This document shows positions 13,471 to 27,387 of a stretch of DNA of 64,000 nt, one piece after another. The translations under genes were made by a program, and so were the position numbers. Location of the stretch: contig NC_042998.1 of the NCBI RefSeq assembly GCF_006345805.1, forward strand, positions 98,766,001 to 98,830,000, read 5' to 3'. The notes beneath the pieces are model-generated. The model did no database searches and was not told the DNA's origin. It saw nothing but the letters and a program-made list of their open reading frames with translations. Source of the DNA: Octopus sinensis (taxonomy: Eukaryota). The stretch's first letter is position 1. Every line of letters starts with the position of its first letter.

Positions 13471-14699
13471 TCCATCGAGACCCAATTTTCCTTTTTTTAA
13501 ATATGCAGAAGACAACTTAGAACATGGTTTAGTCTGTCAGAGCTTGTCAGTAAGATGCAAACTCACTGTTACTTGAATCACTAAATAAACATACAGCAAT
13601 AAATAAAATGCCATCCACAAGATTATTGACAGTTAATACACAAAAGCTTATCTAATGCTTATAATGTTTAAAAAAAGTAAACCAGTTATGTGATAAAAAA
13701 AACGTTATATTACTTGGACAATAAACATTATTGTATCATCAATGAGTATGAAAAACAAATCCAAACATGTTTTGCATTATTGGTAAGTAAACAGCAAAGT
13801 GCAGATTCACTGTAACTTACTGAAGTGTTTGTGATCAAATTGCTATGTAAGCATATAAAAATGTATATTTGTTGGCATATCATAATTCTTTTTTCTTAGT
13901 TAACAAAAGACAGAGGGGGAGAGAGAGCCATCAATTAATCTGGCCTGACTACATTGCAACTGGCTTTTTGTACTCATTTCATCAAGCCCAAAACTATTAA
14001 ATTTTTGTTACGATGAGAACAACCATTAGAAGTTAGATATGTCACTGCAAAATGTTTGGTTCACATCTCAGCACAATTAGACAAAGGATTAAAAAAATTA
14101 TTATGAATTTTGACTGATGAAAAAGTAAAAACTGCTACATCTTGAATACAAAAGAATTTATTCTAATTTTAGCAGTAATGGTTTTGTCAATAATGGTTTT
14201 GTTAATAATTTGATCCTAAGTCTATTCAGGGAGTGCAAAAAGAGAATTCAAGAATCAATCATCTGTCATTTGCCCTAAGAATTTGGATTATGCTGATCTC
14301 ATTCAATTACATTGATCTATTTAATCCCAGCACAGTTCTATTGCTAAAAACTAATTTTGTTCATATCTCCAGTCAGTTAATTTTGTTATTGTTCAGCTGG
14401 AACAAAAGATGGCTAGATATACATGTTGCCAAATAACAGATTTCGAAGAATGAAAGAAAGCAGTCCAAAATGATCTTTTATTTAGATCTTTTCTTTTATC
14501 TTTACAATATTTCAGTTGTGGGACTGTGGCTAGCTGGGGCAATTCCTTGAAAGGTTAAGTCAAACAAATTGATCCCAATCTGTAAATAATCATCAACACC
14601 AGTTGTCAAGTGATAGAAGGGGGAGGGGACAAATACACACACACACACACATACATACACACACACACACATACATACATACATACATACATGTATTTG

Positions 14700-14970
14700 A
14701 GTGTTATACAGATGCCAGAACTGGCCGTCATTGTCTTGTACCAGAGGTACCATCCATTCTATCTAAATTCAGGACAAAGTACTGCAATAGTCTAGGGTTC
14801 AAAGGCCCACAACTTTTCAATTTCGTGCCACAAAAATTAAGAAATCTGCATAAAGTGGAAGTAGATGTCTTCCTCCTCTCCACAATACCAGATGAATCAA
14901 CAACCCAACATGAGGTGCAGATGAGATCAGTGGAATCAAACTCCCTTATACACCAAATGGACTAACAGCT
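14700..14970 (+). mobile_element. CR1/L2-group LINE 3' fragment nested among SINE pieces
   Basis: Translation GRHCLVP...KYCNSLGFKGPQLFNFVPQKLRNL...IPDE...SNSLIHQ. Confidence 0.65.
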
Positions 14971-15112
14971 GGGACAAAAGTACATACAGGAGTGGTGATG
15001 TGAAACACACCAGATTGAGAAAATCAGAAAGACCATAGTGGTGCTCCAGCATGATCACATGGTTGAAGTGAGTAAAAGAGTAAACACACACACACACACA
15101 CACACAGACACA

Positions 15113-15158
<46 letters not shown>

Positions 15159-15828
15159 ACACACACCACACACACACCACACACACACACACATACATAC
15201 ATACATACATACATACATACATACAATACATACATACATACATATACATACATACATACATACTACATACATACATACATACAACATACATACATACATA
15301 CATACATACATACATACATACATACATACATACATACATACAATGGTTTCTATACTGTTTCTGTCTACCAAATTCATTTATTAGGCATTGGTCAGCCAAG
15401 AGCTTTAATAGAACACACCTGCTCAAGGATCCACATAATGTAACTGAACTCAAAACCACATGGTTGCAAAGTGTGCTTCTTGACCATACTGCCATGCAAA
15501 AGTAAATAACAGTCTACAATATGGTTAAGGAAAATACCTTTAAGTAATGTATTGCATACTAGACAGAAATACAGTTGGGTCTGTTTTATATAATACTAAA
15601 GCAAGCGCACCCCATCCTTTGGATGATTTAAGTTGCTTTGGTGGTATTTTTTTCACCAAATAATTGAACTACTGGGAAGGTTTATGAGTAGCACAGCAAT
15701 CTATGTTTTCTATCAATCTAGGAACGGAAAATCAAATTGAAAACAGGTAATCGTGGAGTTCATTGCACTTAATTGATCATAGAATATTCATTGCACTTTA
15801 ATGATCATAGAATATATAAGTTTGCAAG

Positions 15829-16260
15829 CGATGTAAAGTAAAGCTACTGAAGTGTTTTGGGAGTAGATTAAGGATAATCACTACAAAATATAGTCATTTT
15901 ACATGAAAGCAAAATTTATTGTCAGAATTGAAGGAAGACGTTGAAACTTCCCCTCTGCAAGTTTATTTTTTGCAACAGCAAAGGGAGTTAGCCTACATAA
16001 ACTAACAGCAAATGCTGCATAAAGTTAAATTGGTATAGAGCTTTCTGAAAGATACATATAGCTGTTGCTAGTGGAAGCAAAGCACTTATTTAAATGTTGA
16101 TTCTTCAGAATGAATCATATGTGATTGTTTAAAAAAGGCTAGAACAACAATGCTAAAATGTATTTGAAACAATGGACAACATTCGAAATATAATGGATGG
16201 GTAAATAAGCATCCTTAAAGTGAAACAATGCATTGGTAGGTAAACAAAGGTATCAACAAA
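15829..16260 (+). repeat. Dispersed duplication, copy 1 (partner 31086-31586)
   Basis: Long identical blocks are shared with 31086-31586, e.g. ataatggatgggtaaataagcatccttaaagtgaaacaatgcattggtaggtaaacaaaggtatcaacaaat. Confidence 0.85.
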
Positions 16261-16711
16261 TGTAAAGTGGTTGGTGTTAGGAAGGGCATCCAGCTGTAGA
16301 AACCAAACCAAAACCGACAATGGAAGCTGATGTAACCCCTGGCCTTGCCGGTTCCTGTCAAGCCATCCAACCCATGCCAACATGGAAAATGGACGTTAAA
16401 TGTTGATGAAGTTGATGATGAATTAAGTGATGCTTATTAATACCAGTTATCACACAACATTTTCTACATTTTTCAAATATTTCAATGATTCTTCTATTGT
16501 TTTGCTTTTTGTAGTCATAAGACTGCAGCAATGCTGGAACACCACTTTGGAGTGTTTAGACAACCACATTGACTCCAGTACCTATTTTAAAATCTGGTAT
16601 CTATTTCAGCAGTCTTTTTCTTCCACACCTCTAAATAACAAAGATACAGTCAAACCAACACTAGATGCCAAGTAGTGAGAGGCAAACACACACACACACA
16701 CACACGTGCAT

Positions 16712-16761
<50 letters not shown>

Positions 16762-16832
16762 ACACACACACACACTACAGTTTCCAGCAACCAAATTCAA
16801 TCACAAAGTACTGGTTGGCCTGTAGTATAATA

Positions 16833-17432
16833 TCAGGTTGAGTAAAAAGTAAGCAACATTTTGAACCATGGAAAATTTGTACCGGATTTTTACAGAGTTT
16901 TGAAATTTTTTAAGACACTTTTTTGCAATTGTCTGATAATACAGACATAGACTTGCCCAAATGCATCAATAACATTGATTTTTTTTCACCGTTGTTACAA
17001 CCATCTGAAATGGAATTGTCAAAGCACGATATTCAAGCAATTTAGCTATTCAACTTCAAAAAAGGACATAAAGCAGTTGAAACTCTTTGATATCAATGAG
17101 GAAATTACCAGTGAGTGGTCAGCTCGAAAATGGTTTAAACGATTTCACAGTAGAGACCTGAGCCATGAAGATTGTGAGCATAGTGAACGTCCATCTGTCA
17201 TCAATGATAGTCAATTAAGAATGTCATTGAGAAAGATCCATGTAAAGACACTTGAGAACTGGCAGAAGAACTCCAGATTTTTATATTACCGGAAAAACAA
17301 ACTTGTAACTCGGTGGCAAAAATGTGTAGATTGTAATGGTACTTACTTTGATGAATAAAATTTCTGCATTGTTGAAATATATTGTGATGAATTTCATGTT
17401 TCAAAACGTCGCCTACTTTTTACTCAGCCTGA
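16833..17432 (+). mobile_element. Internally deleted mariner element
   Basis: TIRs tcaggttgagtaaaaagtaagcaacattttgaa / ttcaaaacgtcgcctactttttactcagcctga, flanked by TA. Remnants of the HTH (SARKWFKRF..DLS.ED..RPS) and the C-terminus (KLVTRWQKCVDCNGTYFDE). Confidence 0.92.
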
Positions 17433-18849
17433 TAGAACAGTGCTCTGCAACTGGCCTGCTGCAGCACACTGGTGTGCCACAATGCAATATTAAGTGTTCT
17501 GCAGTGTAACCTGAATATAATTTTTTTCCCTATACTTTTAGTTATATTTTTAGTTCAGGTGTGCTGCTGAATTTTGAAAAGACTATAAGTGTAGTGCAAG
17601 TGGAAAAAGGTTGCAGAGCACGGTAATAGAAGATACTTGCCAAAGTGTCATGTAGTGGGATTGAACTAGAAATTATGTGGCTGTCAAGCAAACTTATTAA
17701 CCATGTCATATCTGTGCTTCTAAACCTCACAGCAATTGATCCTTCTAGGAGATATTTCCCTTGCTTTTTGTTACACGTGATTTTGCATCCTTTTAGAGGG
17801 AGGTTATGCTACTAATTGTATGGATAATCTCAGTTAACCAAAGTCATTCAATTCATTATATTACATACTTGAGGTTCTATCAATCAGTATCTTTCTTACA
17901 TCATTCTACAAACATTGTAATTTTATTTTATTTAAGGGACAGCCAATAAATCAATATGTCAAAAGGAAAACTACCTGTAGTCTGCCAAGTTAGGTGAACT
18001 TAGCCATTTGATAGACAGAGATTTATAAAACAAGCACCAGTCAAATTACTGAAGATTGATAAAATCAAGTAAAAGACTTGGAGATAGTGCTACGGCATGG
18101 CTGCAAGCCAAAGTGCAACATACAAAAGTGTACTGCTTGTATTTATTGACTCCCCCTCCCACTGAAAGGATGAATGGCAAAATTGACCTTAGTGAGATTA
18201 TATATGTATGTATATAGGTGTGTGTGTGTGTGTGCGTGCACACACACTTGCACTTAAATGTGCTAACTGAAGTGAATGAAATTTTGTTCAGAACTATTCT
18301 TATTATTGCTATTATTTTTATTATTATTGTTACTATCGTTAATGTTATCATTATTACTGATGTGGTGAGCAGGCAGACTCTTTAGCACACTGGGTGAAAT
18401 GCTTAGCAGTATTTCATCTGCCACTATGTTCTGAGTTCAAATTCCACTGAGGTCGTCTTTTCCCGTCATCCTTTCAAGGTTGGTAAATTAACCACCAGTG
18501 AAACACTGGGGTTGATGTAATAAACTAGTCCCCTTCCCACCACAAAATTTCAGGCCTTGTGCCTTTAGTAGAAAGGATTATTATTATTGCTATTATTATC
18601 ATTACCACTGGCATTTTTAAAATCAATTTTATTATTATTACTCCTGTGTATATGTTAGTATCTGATAAAGAAAAAGTACAATAAAGTTCAATAATAAAAT
18701 AGGTTGGGTGTGTGCATATGTATTTGATTTATACTAATCAAGACCAAGAGTTCATGCATCACAAAACAACTTTTTAATGCTCCATATAGTGTCACAAGGG
18801 TTGGACATCTTAATTGTATCTGATGAAGTATGTCTTTAAAACCAAATGT

Positions 18850-19587
18850 ATATGTATCATATCTATAAAAGGGAGGATGTGTGTGTATGTACGTGATTGT
18901 AATTTATGCACGTCCACAAATTAGCATGCATGTCGCTCCAATTTTAGGAGGACATTTGTCAACATCCTATCTGAGTTTTGTCAACTTATTTTTTTCCCCG
19001 AGGCACCCGTGGGTAGCGTAAATATCTATTTTCAGACATAGTTTTTAGCCACAAAATATATCAACCTTGGCTTTTTTTATGGCATCTAACAAAAAAAAAA
19101 ATAAGATGAAGAAAAGTGGGAGAAGGAGGCAGAGAGTTTCACGGGAAAGACAAAGTGAGAGAGGGAGAGACAGAGAGAGTAAGTTATGACGTTCATAAAA
19201 AATAAAATGTTTTGTTTTTTGTTTTTGAAAGACACTATATTTTATAATCATAGTATATATACTTTAGTGGAAATCGTGCGAGTGTTAATCTACAAATTTA
19301 ACAACATTTTTTCCATTCATTTCTGTTTATGAACATGTATGCCTGCACAAAACATGCAATAGGTGTACGTATGTACGTGTGTGTATGTGTGTTCGTGTCT
19401 GTTGCCCATATATATTTATATTATATTATATATATATATATATATAATATATATAATATATATATATAATATAACTAATTTCAACAGATTTCACCCAAAT
19501 TTGATGTCTATATTACTTAGTTTGGTTTGAAATAAAGAACTTGATTAGCTTAATAATTGTAACTTAATCCCGGACAAGGCTGCTAGT
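18850..19587 (+). mobile_element. Helitron/Helentron-like non-autonomous remnant(s)
   Basis: Starts atctataaaagggaggatgtgtgt, has internal microsatellites and caaatttg motifs, and ends in an eroded cccgga...ctagt. Boundaries are approximate. Confidence 0.4.
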
Positions 19588-20018
19588 AAACAGATAAAAA
19601 AAAATGTACAAAATTTACTGTTAAGAAAACAGGATTAATAATATAGAGTAAATACACAATTATATTAAGTAAACAGGGTATCTCATTTTATAAAATGTTA
19701 TGTACATATCTAATGAAGAATATTATGACTGAACTAAGTTATAGGAAGTAATATTTTTTTTTTAAATTGATAAGAGGAAATAAAACCAGGATATAAAGTA
19801 TGAATGATAATGAAAATGAATGCTCACTTTAAGGAAATTGGTAATTAATTGAGCATTAAAGAAATTGTACATGATATAGATGAGAATCTGATTACTATTT
19901 CTCAAAAACAAGAAGGAAAGAATAATGTTCAAGTAATATTGAGAGTATTTTTATATAAAACATCTCCTTTATATGTTCAATGACTTAAGTGTTCAATATA
20001 TTTGATCAGACCCTAAAG

Positions 20019-20269
20019 CAGTGGTTCTCAACCAGGGTCCATATGGCCCTTGGCAGTTCATATAAGATTTTACAATTAAATTTTATGTACAATAAATTGG
20101 TTATACTCCTACCAAACAAAATATTTTAACAATTCTTTTTTATACAATTCCAAATAATATTTAATTATAAAAATATGATAAGAATTTTTAAAGCATAGAA
20201 TGGCTATGAGGGTTCATCTGAGTAAAAAAGGAATCAAAGGGGTCTATAGGTAAAAATTGGTTGTGAACC
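20019..20269 (+). mobile_element. hAT (Charlie-like) MITE
   Basis: 5' TIR CAGTGGTTCTCAACC and eroded 3' TIR ggttgtgaacc. The 8-bp left flank ccctaaag is echoed by cctaaag at the right end. Confidence 0.7.
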
Positions 20270-20399
20270 TAAAGCATGCAACTGCCATCCATTATGTAAT
20301 CAACAAGGTTTTGCCTTGTTTGTCTTTTTTTTCAAAAGCCCGCTTCCCTGTAACAATAATATTTATGTTTTGTAACCCAAAGTTGCCATACTAATTTTC

Positions 20400-21290
20400 C
20401 GTATATGGGAGAATTTGAGCCCAGTTTTGCAAGCAAATGAAATTATATCAGTTATACAGCAGTGAGCAGTAAAGTGCTCTGCATGGTATCAATTTACAAA
20501 TGCTTTAATGATATCAATTAACAGAGAAGTGTATTTATCTTTAGACTATTAATTTGTATCTTCCAGAGGTGTGGCACAATCCCAACATTTAAGATATGAA
20601 AAGTCAACATTTTGGCTGGGAAGCTTGTATCCACACAACCATCCTGCAACAGATACAGTTAATATACTGATTGCTAACCAGCTGTACTCTTTTGTAATAC
20701 TCTTTTTGGATCTTTTCCTTCATATGGTAAGTTAGATTCTGTCATCCTTGCTTTTACCTAAATATTTATAAGTGCCCTCAAGATCCTGTTCTTGTATAGT
20801 GGTGTCTTGGTCAAGTTTGATGGGCAGTGTTTCAGTGACCTTTCCCATCTTGATAGTTGCTTTTGCACACTTTTCAAGTTACAATTCCATTCCTATATTG
20901 CTGTTAAACTACTTTACTGTGGTTACAATTCCTTCCAACACTTAATCATGCTTAGCATATAATTTCAGGTCATTCATAAAGAATAAGTGACTGATTTTGA
21001 TGTTATTGTTTCTTTGTTTGTATCAGTACCCTATATTATTCAGTTCACTAAAAAGTGGGAAGAGTGCCACACAGAAGAAAAGACATAAAAGAGAATCAGC
21101 TTGGAAAATTCTACAATTTATTTTGATTTTGTTTGATGACATATCTCCATTATTGTGGCTTAAAAAGAGAGATGTAGTCCATTTTGTCACACCATGTCAA
21201 AGGAAGAGATTACTGGAGACTCTTGTATATTTCAAGGGTTTTTAATATCCACACATCGGGAGTGCTTTTGAAGCTTTATTATTAATATTA
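20400..21290 (-). mobile_element. Decayed R4/Dong-like non-LTR retrotransposon RT fragment
   Basis: Minus strand gives IKINCRIFQADSL, ISHLFFMNDLKLYAK, IGMEL*LEKCAKATIK and TYKYLG with stops. The 5' truncation abuts a (TAA)n tract. Confidence 0.7.
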
Positions 21291-21699
21291 TTATTATTGA
21301 AGGCAGCAAGCTGGCAGAATCATTAGCACTCTGGGTGAAATGCTTAGCAGTATTTCATCTGTCGTTATGTTCTGAGATCAAATTCCACCAAGGTTGATTT
21401 TGCCTTTCATCCTTTTTGGGGATCAATAAAATAAGTACCGGTTGAACAGTGGGGTAGATGTAACCGACTCATCCCCACCTCCCAAGCCGCCCTTGTGGAA
21501 AAAAAAATTGAAATAATAATAATAATAATGATAATTATTATTAGTTCCAACTTATCAATTTCAACCTACTTATGTTGGTAAATAATGGATTAAATTACTA
21601 AATCAGATGTTTCTATGTGATTATGCAATCATCTAGATAACAATTATCACACAACATAGTAATATTCACAAGTGAAATGTGTAAAGATTATGTATTATA

Positions 21700-21988
21700 T
21701 AATGTTGTCTCTCTCTTTCACACATTGCTCTCTCTGTCTCTTCACACACACTAGCAGAGGCGCTTCACTTGCACAACATACTGTCTGTCTCCCGCACCCC
21801 ATCAAACACACACGCACACGCATGTGCATCAGTGCGTCGGTGGCTTCAAGAGAGATTCCCTCGTCATAGAATCGCTTTCTCTTGGTCTCTTTCGCTCTCG
21901 TTACTTCAAGTGTTCCCGCGGGCCCATGTGTAAAGGAATAAAAGTTTTTTGCGGAAGTCATCGACGGAGGCGTGCTGCTACAAGCGAA
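21700..21988. repeat. Unclassified CpG-rich element
   Basis: Abrupt CpG-rich island (cagtgcgtcggtgg, cccgcgggccc, catcgacggaggcg, aagcgaaagatcgcc) ending at (TA)n. No coding match recognised. Confidence 0.4.
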
Positions 21989-23019
21989 AGATCGCCATAT
22001 ATATATATGTGCGTGTATGTCTATGTTTGTCCTAGCATTGCTTGACAACCGATGCTGGTGTATTTATGTCCCCGTTACTTAGCGGTTCGGCAAAACAGAC
22101 TGATAGAATAAGTACTGGGCTTACAAAGAATAAGTCCCAGGGTCGAGTTGCTCGACTAAAGGCGGTGCTCCAGCATGGCCGCAGTCAAATGACTGAAACA
22201 AGTAAAAGAGTAAAAGAGAGTAAAGTAAAATATATATATATATATATATATGCACGCACACACGCATATTGTTGAGCATACCTAGTTCAATTGCCCAAAG
22301 TGACCGGGTAGCTGGCAAGCTGTATTGGTCAACAAAAGAGAGGGTTTAATTAGTGAGTAGATGCTGTGTGAAGAGGGAGATGTGTGAGGAGGAGATAGTA
22401 AGTTGGGAGATGAGGCATATATCCACAAGCTCAGCTTACTTTTGTTGTTAGCCAGTTTATATCACTGTTGACAGAACTTTTGAATTATTCCATATATGTA
22501 AGTATATACTATGACTACTAGTATAGCCATCGTTCAAAATTGAGGATGACTAAATAGCACATACTATACTTTCACTTATTGTTTTAGATGCCTATGTGGA
22601 TACAAGAAGATACAGACATCTTCCCTGACCTCTCACCATTGATCCAGTGGAATAACTTCTGGCTTAGAATGTTTCTGTTGTCTTCATATGTCTTTATCCA
22701 TACACACACATTTATATATAGAAAGGACATGTAATCACCTCACTTGGAACCTTCCCTACATTGGATCTTGAACCCACAGTGGATCGTGAAACTGCATGCT
22801 GATGTGCATGGGTATATATTTCATACACATGTATATTTATATATATGCATATATTAATGTGTTCATGCACATGTTTGTGTAAGTGTTTGGACATATTCAT
22901 ATATGCATGGATATATGTGGGAGTGTCTGTATACGGTAAATACACAGATATGCTGAACTCAACCCTAACTTGGTGTACTTATTATTATAATACCTTGATT
23001 CAAATGAATCCTACAAATA

Positions 23020-23054
<35 letters not shown>

Positions 23055-24224
23055 AAACATTGTGGATCAATTATATGTGAGCAAAGTAACATAGAAGCAC
23101 CTCCATGTATTTTTAGCTAGACATACATCACTAAAATATTTGGTGAGTGATAACCAGGGAAATGTTTAGCAGACCACCACCTGAAGAAATAGCAATTTGT
23201 GAAATTACGAACTTACATAATGTTATATGATACCTATTAAGTGATGCATTTGTGCTTGAGTTTGAAATACACATGCTAAGGAAACACATGCAGTGATGCC
23301 CTGAAGCATACGTTTTTTCCATTCTTGTCCATAATGTGTATATGTGTGTGTGTGTGTGTGATAGCTCAAAAATACACTTTGGGGCCACCGTGAGAGACTG
23401 AATGAATAGAAAAAAATTAACCTGAGATGCAAACTTCACAATGATAATTGTGATTTATTGTTTGTATAATACACAGTTTACATGAACTGTTATTCAAACC
23501 TTATTATACATATAGTGTGCACACATTATAACAGATAATTTGAGTCTCTAGTGAAATAGTTTATTAGCACAAGAAACTGTTCTCTAGATGCAAGGTTGTA
23601 GAAGGGAAAAATCTGTCAATATATTTCATTTCCTGTATACCATAAATCAGAAATCATGTTCCTTTACATGAAATTGACATAATGAGTTTTTAGATCAACT
23701 TTCTCTCCACAAATAATAATGATGATGATGATGACGATGATAGTAATGGTGATGATAATGATGATTGTTTCCCATTTAGGCACAAGGCCAACAATTTTCA
23801 GAAGGGTTAAGTTGATACCATTGACTTCAGAACTTAACTGGCACTTCATTTTATTGACCCTGAGGGATAAAAGACAAAGTTTGACCCCAGTGGTATTTTA
23901 ACTCAGAATGTGAAAAATTGGAAGAAATGCTTCAAGACATTTTGCCTGACATTCTAGCTATTCTGTCAATCCCACCATTCTAAATGTAATAATAATTCTT
24001 TCAAATTTTAGCACAAGGCCAGTAATTTTGAGGAGAGGAATAAGTTGATTACATTGATCCCAGTGCTAGAATGATACTTATTTTATTGGCCTCCAAAAGA
24101 TGCGTGGCAAAGTTAGCATCAGTGGAATCTAAACTAGGAATACAAAGAGCTGAAAGAAATGTTTCTATGTATTTTGCCCAACATACAAATAATTTTTTCA
24201 GCGTGTCATGTTAATAATAATAAT

Positions 24225-24605
24225 AATAAATCCCCCAGTCCAGAAAATGATGATACCTGGGACCTCTGAACCTTACTCAAGGAATGGGACAACTGGTTAA
24301 CCCTGTGCACTTATAACACGGTCCTGGATACCAGCCATGGAAATACCCCCTAGAATCTGTGTTGTTCGAAGAACATGTTCATCAGTGAACTTAGGTTCTG
24401 ACACTGAGCTTGAAATCTTTTTAAATCAGGACCAACCTGTAGCAAATCAAACCAGGAATATTCCCAAAACTGACACTCAGGATCAACTACCAAACCTATC
24501 TCGAAGAAATAGAAATACAAGATGGACTAAGGAAGAATATATCGAAGTTAGGCATGCTTATTATTATACTATTGGAACTTACACACAAGGTACAGGAAAC
24601 TTATA
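24225..24605 (+). mobile_element. Probable 5' fragment of an R4/Dong-like LINE
   Basis: Starts after (TAA)n. The ORF 24337-24612 contains RWTKEEYIEVRHAYY, resembling the N-terminal motif of this clade. Confidence 0.45.
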
Positions 24606-24609
24606 TGTA

Positions 24610-24847
24610 TAAAATTCTGCTTAAATAATGCAACTGCAGATACAATATCCCTGCATATCTCACGTCTGTTTTTATTCCTCCACTTCTCCCCCTATTTCAT
24701 ATCTTCTCAAGGATAACTATTGCTTAAGCATTTTCTCACACCATCTCTGATGAAGGGATATATAAAATATCCCGGAAACAGTTGTAAGACCTTCTCTTTA
24801 TAATGTTCTGAAATCTTTCACAGCCTTGGATTTTTATCTCATTCTGT

Positions 24848-24851
<4 letters not shown>
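24610..24851 (+). mobile_element. Penelope-like terminal repeat fragment with hammerhead
   Basis: Contains a well-formed minimal hammerhead (24744-24789) and runs directly into a ~900-bp TA-rich array. Confidence 0.55.
24744..24789 (+). ncRNA. Minimal type I hammerhead ribozyme
   Basis: TCT CTGATGA A GGGATAT ataaa ATATCCC G GAAA C AGTT GT A AGA. Stem II is a perfect 7 bp, stem III is AC/GT, the triplet is GUA, and stem I is TCT/AGA. Confidence 0.72.
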
Positions 24852-24923
<72 letters not shown>

Positions 24924-25644
24924 CATACATACATACATATATATACATATATACACACATATATATATATATATATATACACATATATACACATATATAT
25001 ATATATATACATATATACACATATATATACATATATATATACATACATATACATATATATACATATATATATACATATATGTATACATATATATATACAT
25101 ATATGTATACATATATATATACATATATGTATACATATATATATATATATACACATATATATATACACACATGTATATATATACATATATGCATATATAC
25201 ATATGCATATATATATATATATACATACATACATATACATATATACCTATATATTTATATATAGATACATATATATACACACACAAATATATACACTCAT
25301 AGATATATATATATATACACATATATATATACATATAAATTATATATACATATATATATACATATATGTATACATATATATATACATATATGTATACATA
25401 TATATATACATATATGTATACATATATATATATATATACACATATATATATACACACATGTATATATATACATATATATATACATATATATATATACATA
25501 TATATACATATATACATATATACATATATATATATACATATATTTATATACATATATATATACATATATATACACACACAAATATATACACTCATAGATA
25601 TATATATATATACACATATATATATACATATAAATTATATATAC

Positions 25645-25675
<31 letters not shown>

Positions 25676-25751
25676 CATATGTATATACATATATACATAT
25701 ATATACATATAGATATATACATATACATATATATACATATATATATATATA
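24852..25751. repeat. Long (TA)n/(CATA)n microsatellite array
   Basis: ~900 bp of almost pure TA/CA repeats. It explains the Y/I/H-rich spurious ORFs. Confidence 0.97.
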
Positions 25752-25838
25752 CCGTCCAACCCATGCTAGCATGGAGAACGGACGTTAAACGATGATGATG
25801 ATGATGATGATATATACATATATTTATATACATATATA

Positions 25839-27387
25839 TATTCTTCCAATTCTGTCTTGACAATGGTGTTACTCCAGAACAGTGGAAAACTGCCAGTGTC
25901 ATCCCTCTGTTCAAAAAAGGCGACCGCACATCGCCTGTCAACTATCGCCCCATCAGTCTTACTAGCTGCATCACCAAACTGATGGAATCCTGTATCAGAG
26001 AAACCCTCTGGAACTTCTAGAAGTCTCACAGCCTCATCCAGCCATCACAATTTGGATTTATTCCTAACTCCAGCTGCTGTAACCAACTCATCGAGTTTCT
26101 TGAGGACGTTACCCAAATCACTGATTGCAGATCCTGGGTGGATGTTGTTTACCTGGACTTTGCTAAGGCTTTTAACTCTGTGCCACACAAAAGACTTATG
26201 GTGAAGCTTTCTGTGTTGGGTGTAAGAGACGAACTCTATAACTGGTTGAAGTCCTTTATTTTCGGCCGAAAAGAGGTTGTCACAGTTCTAGGACAGCACT
26301 CTTCGCCCTATGAGATGACATTTGGTGTACCACAGGGATCTGTTCTTGGCCCCCTTTTATTTGTTGCATATGTTAATGACATAGATGCCAACTTAAAGAA
26401 TGCCACAGTGCTGAAATATGCAGATGACATCAAGCTGTACCTCGAAATAAAGAGGTCAGATCCTGTACCCTATAGATCTCTATTGCAAGTAGACCTGGAC
26501 ACAATGCAGCAGTGGATCATGGACTGGCAACTCAAACTGGCTGTGGACAAATGTACCACCATGCATTTTGGGAGGAGAAACCCAGCGTCCACCTACTCCC
26601 TCCACAACGCTAGTCTCAAAAAGTCTTCATGTGAACGTGACTTGGGTGTTATTGTCGACAGTGATTTGCGTTGGACAAAACACATTGCTAAAATTGTCAA
26701 GAAGGCTGAGGATGTCTTGGCATCACTCACAAAATCCTTTGTGAGCCGCTCTCCGGCTATCTATCTGCGGCTTTATATAGCTATGGTAAGACCTCACCTG
26801 GAATTTGCATCACCGGTCTGGAAACCCTATCTTGCCCAGGATATCAATCGTCTGGAAGCCGTTCAGCGACATGCAACCAAAAGAATACCCACCATCAGGC
26901 ATTTACCATATCCTGAACGCCTTACTTCCCTGGGCATTGACACATTGAAACTCCGACGTCTGGCAGCTGACTTGGCAGACACCCATAAAATTATCAACCA
27001 TCGTATAAACAATAACTCTGAGCACCTTTTCAAACACCACCCATCTAACACCCGTGGACATATTTACAAAGTCAGAAAACAGCACAGCTCCCATGACTTC
27101 AGGAAACATTTTTTCACACTGAGAATTGCTGAAGTATGGAACAAACTGCTGGCATCAGTTGTTAGTTGTCGGAGTACTGCATCCTTCAAAACTTCCATGC
27201 TTTCTGAGATTTGCCAACACTACACCTGATTTTCTCCCCTCCATACACACACAAGCATGTATCTAACTCATACATTGTTCGCTTTCCAGACATTTTTACA
27301 TTACTGCATGTACTTTATATGTACTTTCTGACAAGTTGTGGTGCACCTGAGCACTGTATACAATAATTTCATTATTATTATTATTAT
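25839..27387 (+). mobile_element. 5'-truncated CR1-group LINE
   Basis: [26 protein letters not shown], then an in-frame TAG at 26018, then YLDFAKAFNSVPH, GVPQGSVLGPLLF and YADD. (ATT)n tail at 27369-27387. Confidence 0.92.

Noticed and set aside
14113-18850. Isolated CTGATGA motifs (near 14115 and 18820; also 688, 60563 and the reverse complement at 62543)
   Set aside because: No correctly placed GAAA and stems. Two of them are simply ADD codons of RT genes.
21695-22048. Minus-strand ORF with TKRKRFYDEG as a possible unc80 first exon
   Set aside because: It lacks the PLPIQxFxWRQ motif. The true exon 1 at 46798-46883 fits sequence and phase.
24610-24851. Minus-strand peptide (SEQNEIKIQ...RRSYNCFRD...IPSSE) resembling an R4 LINE segment
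   Set aside because: The similarity is weak and the frame has many stops. The plus-strand hammerhead with a perfect stem II explains the sequence better.
24736-25941. Long Y/I/H/T/C/V-rich ORFs, here and at about 15 other sites
   Set aside because: They are translations of (TA)n, (CA)n and (CATA)n microsatellites that lack stop codons in some frames.
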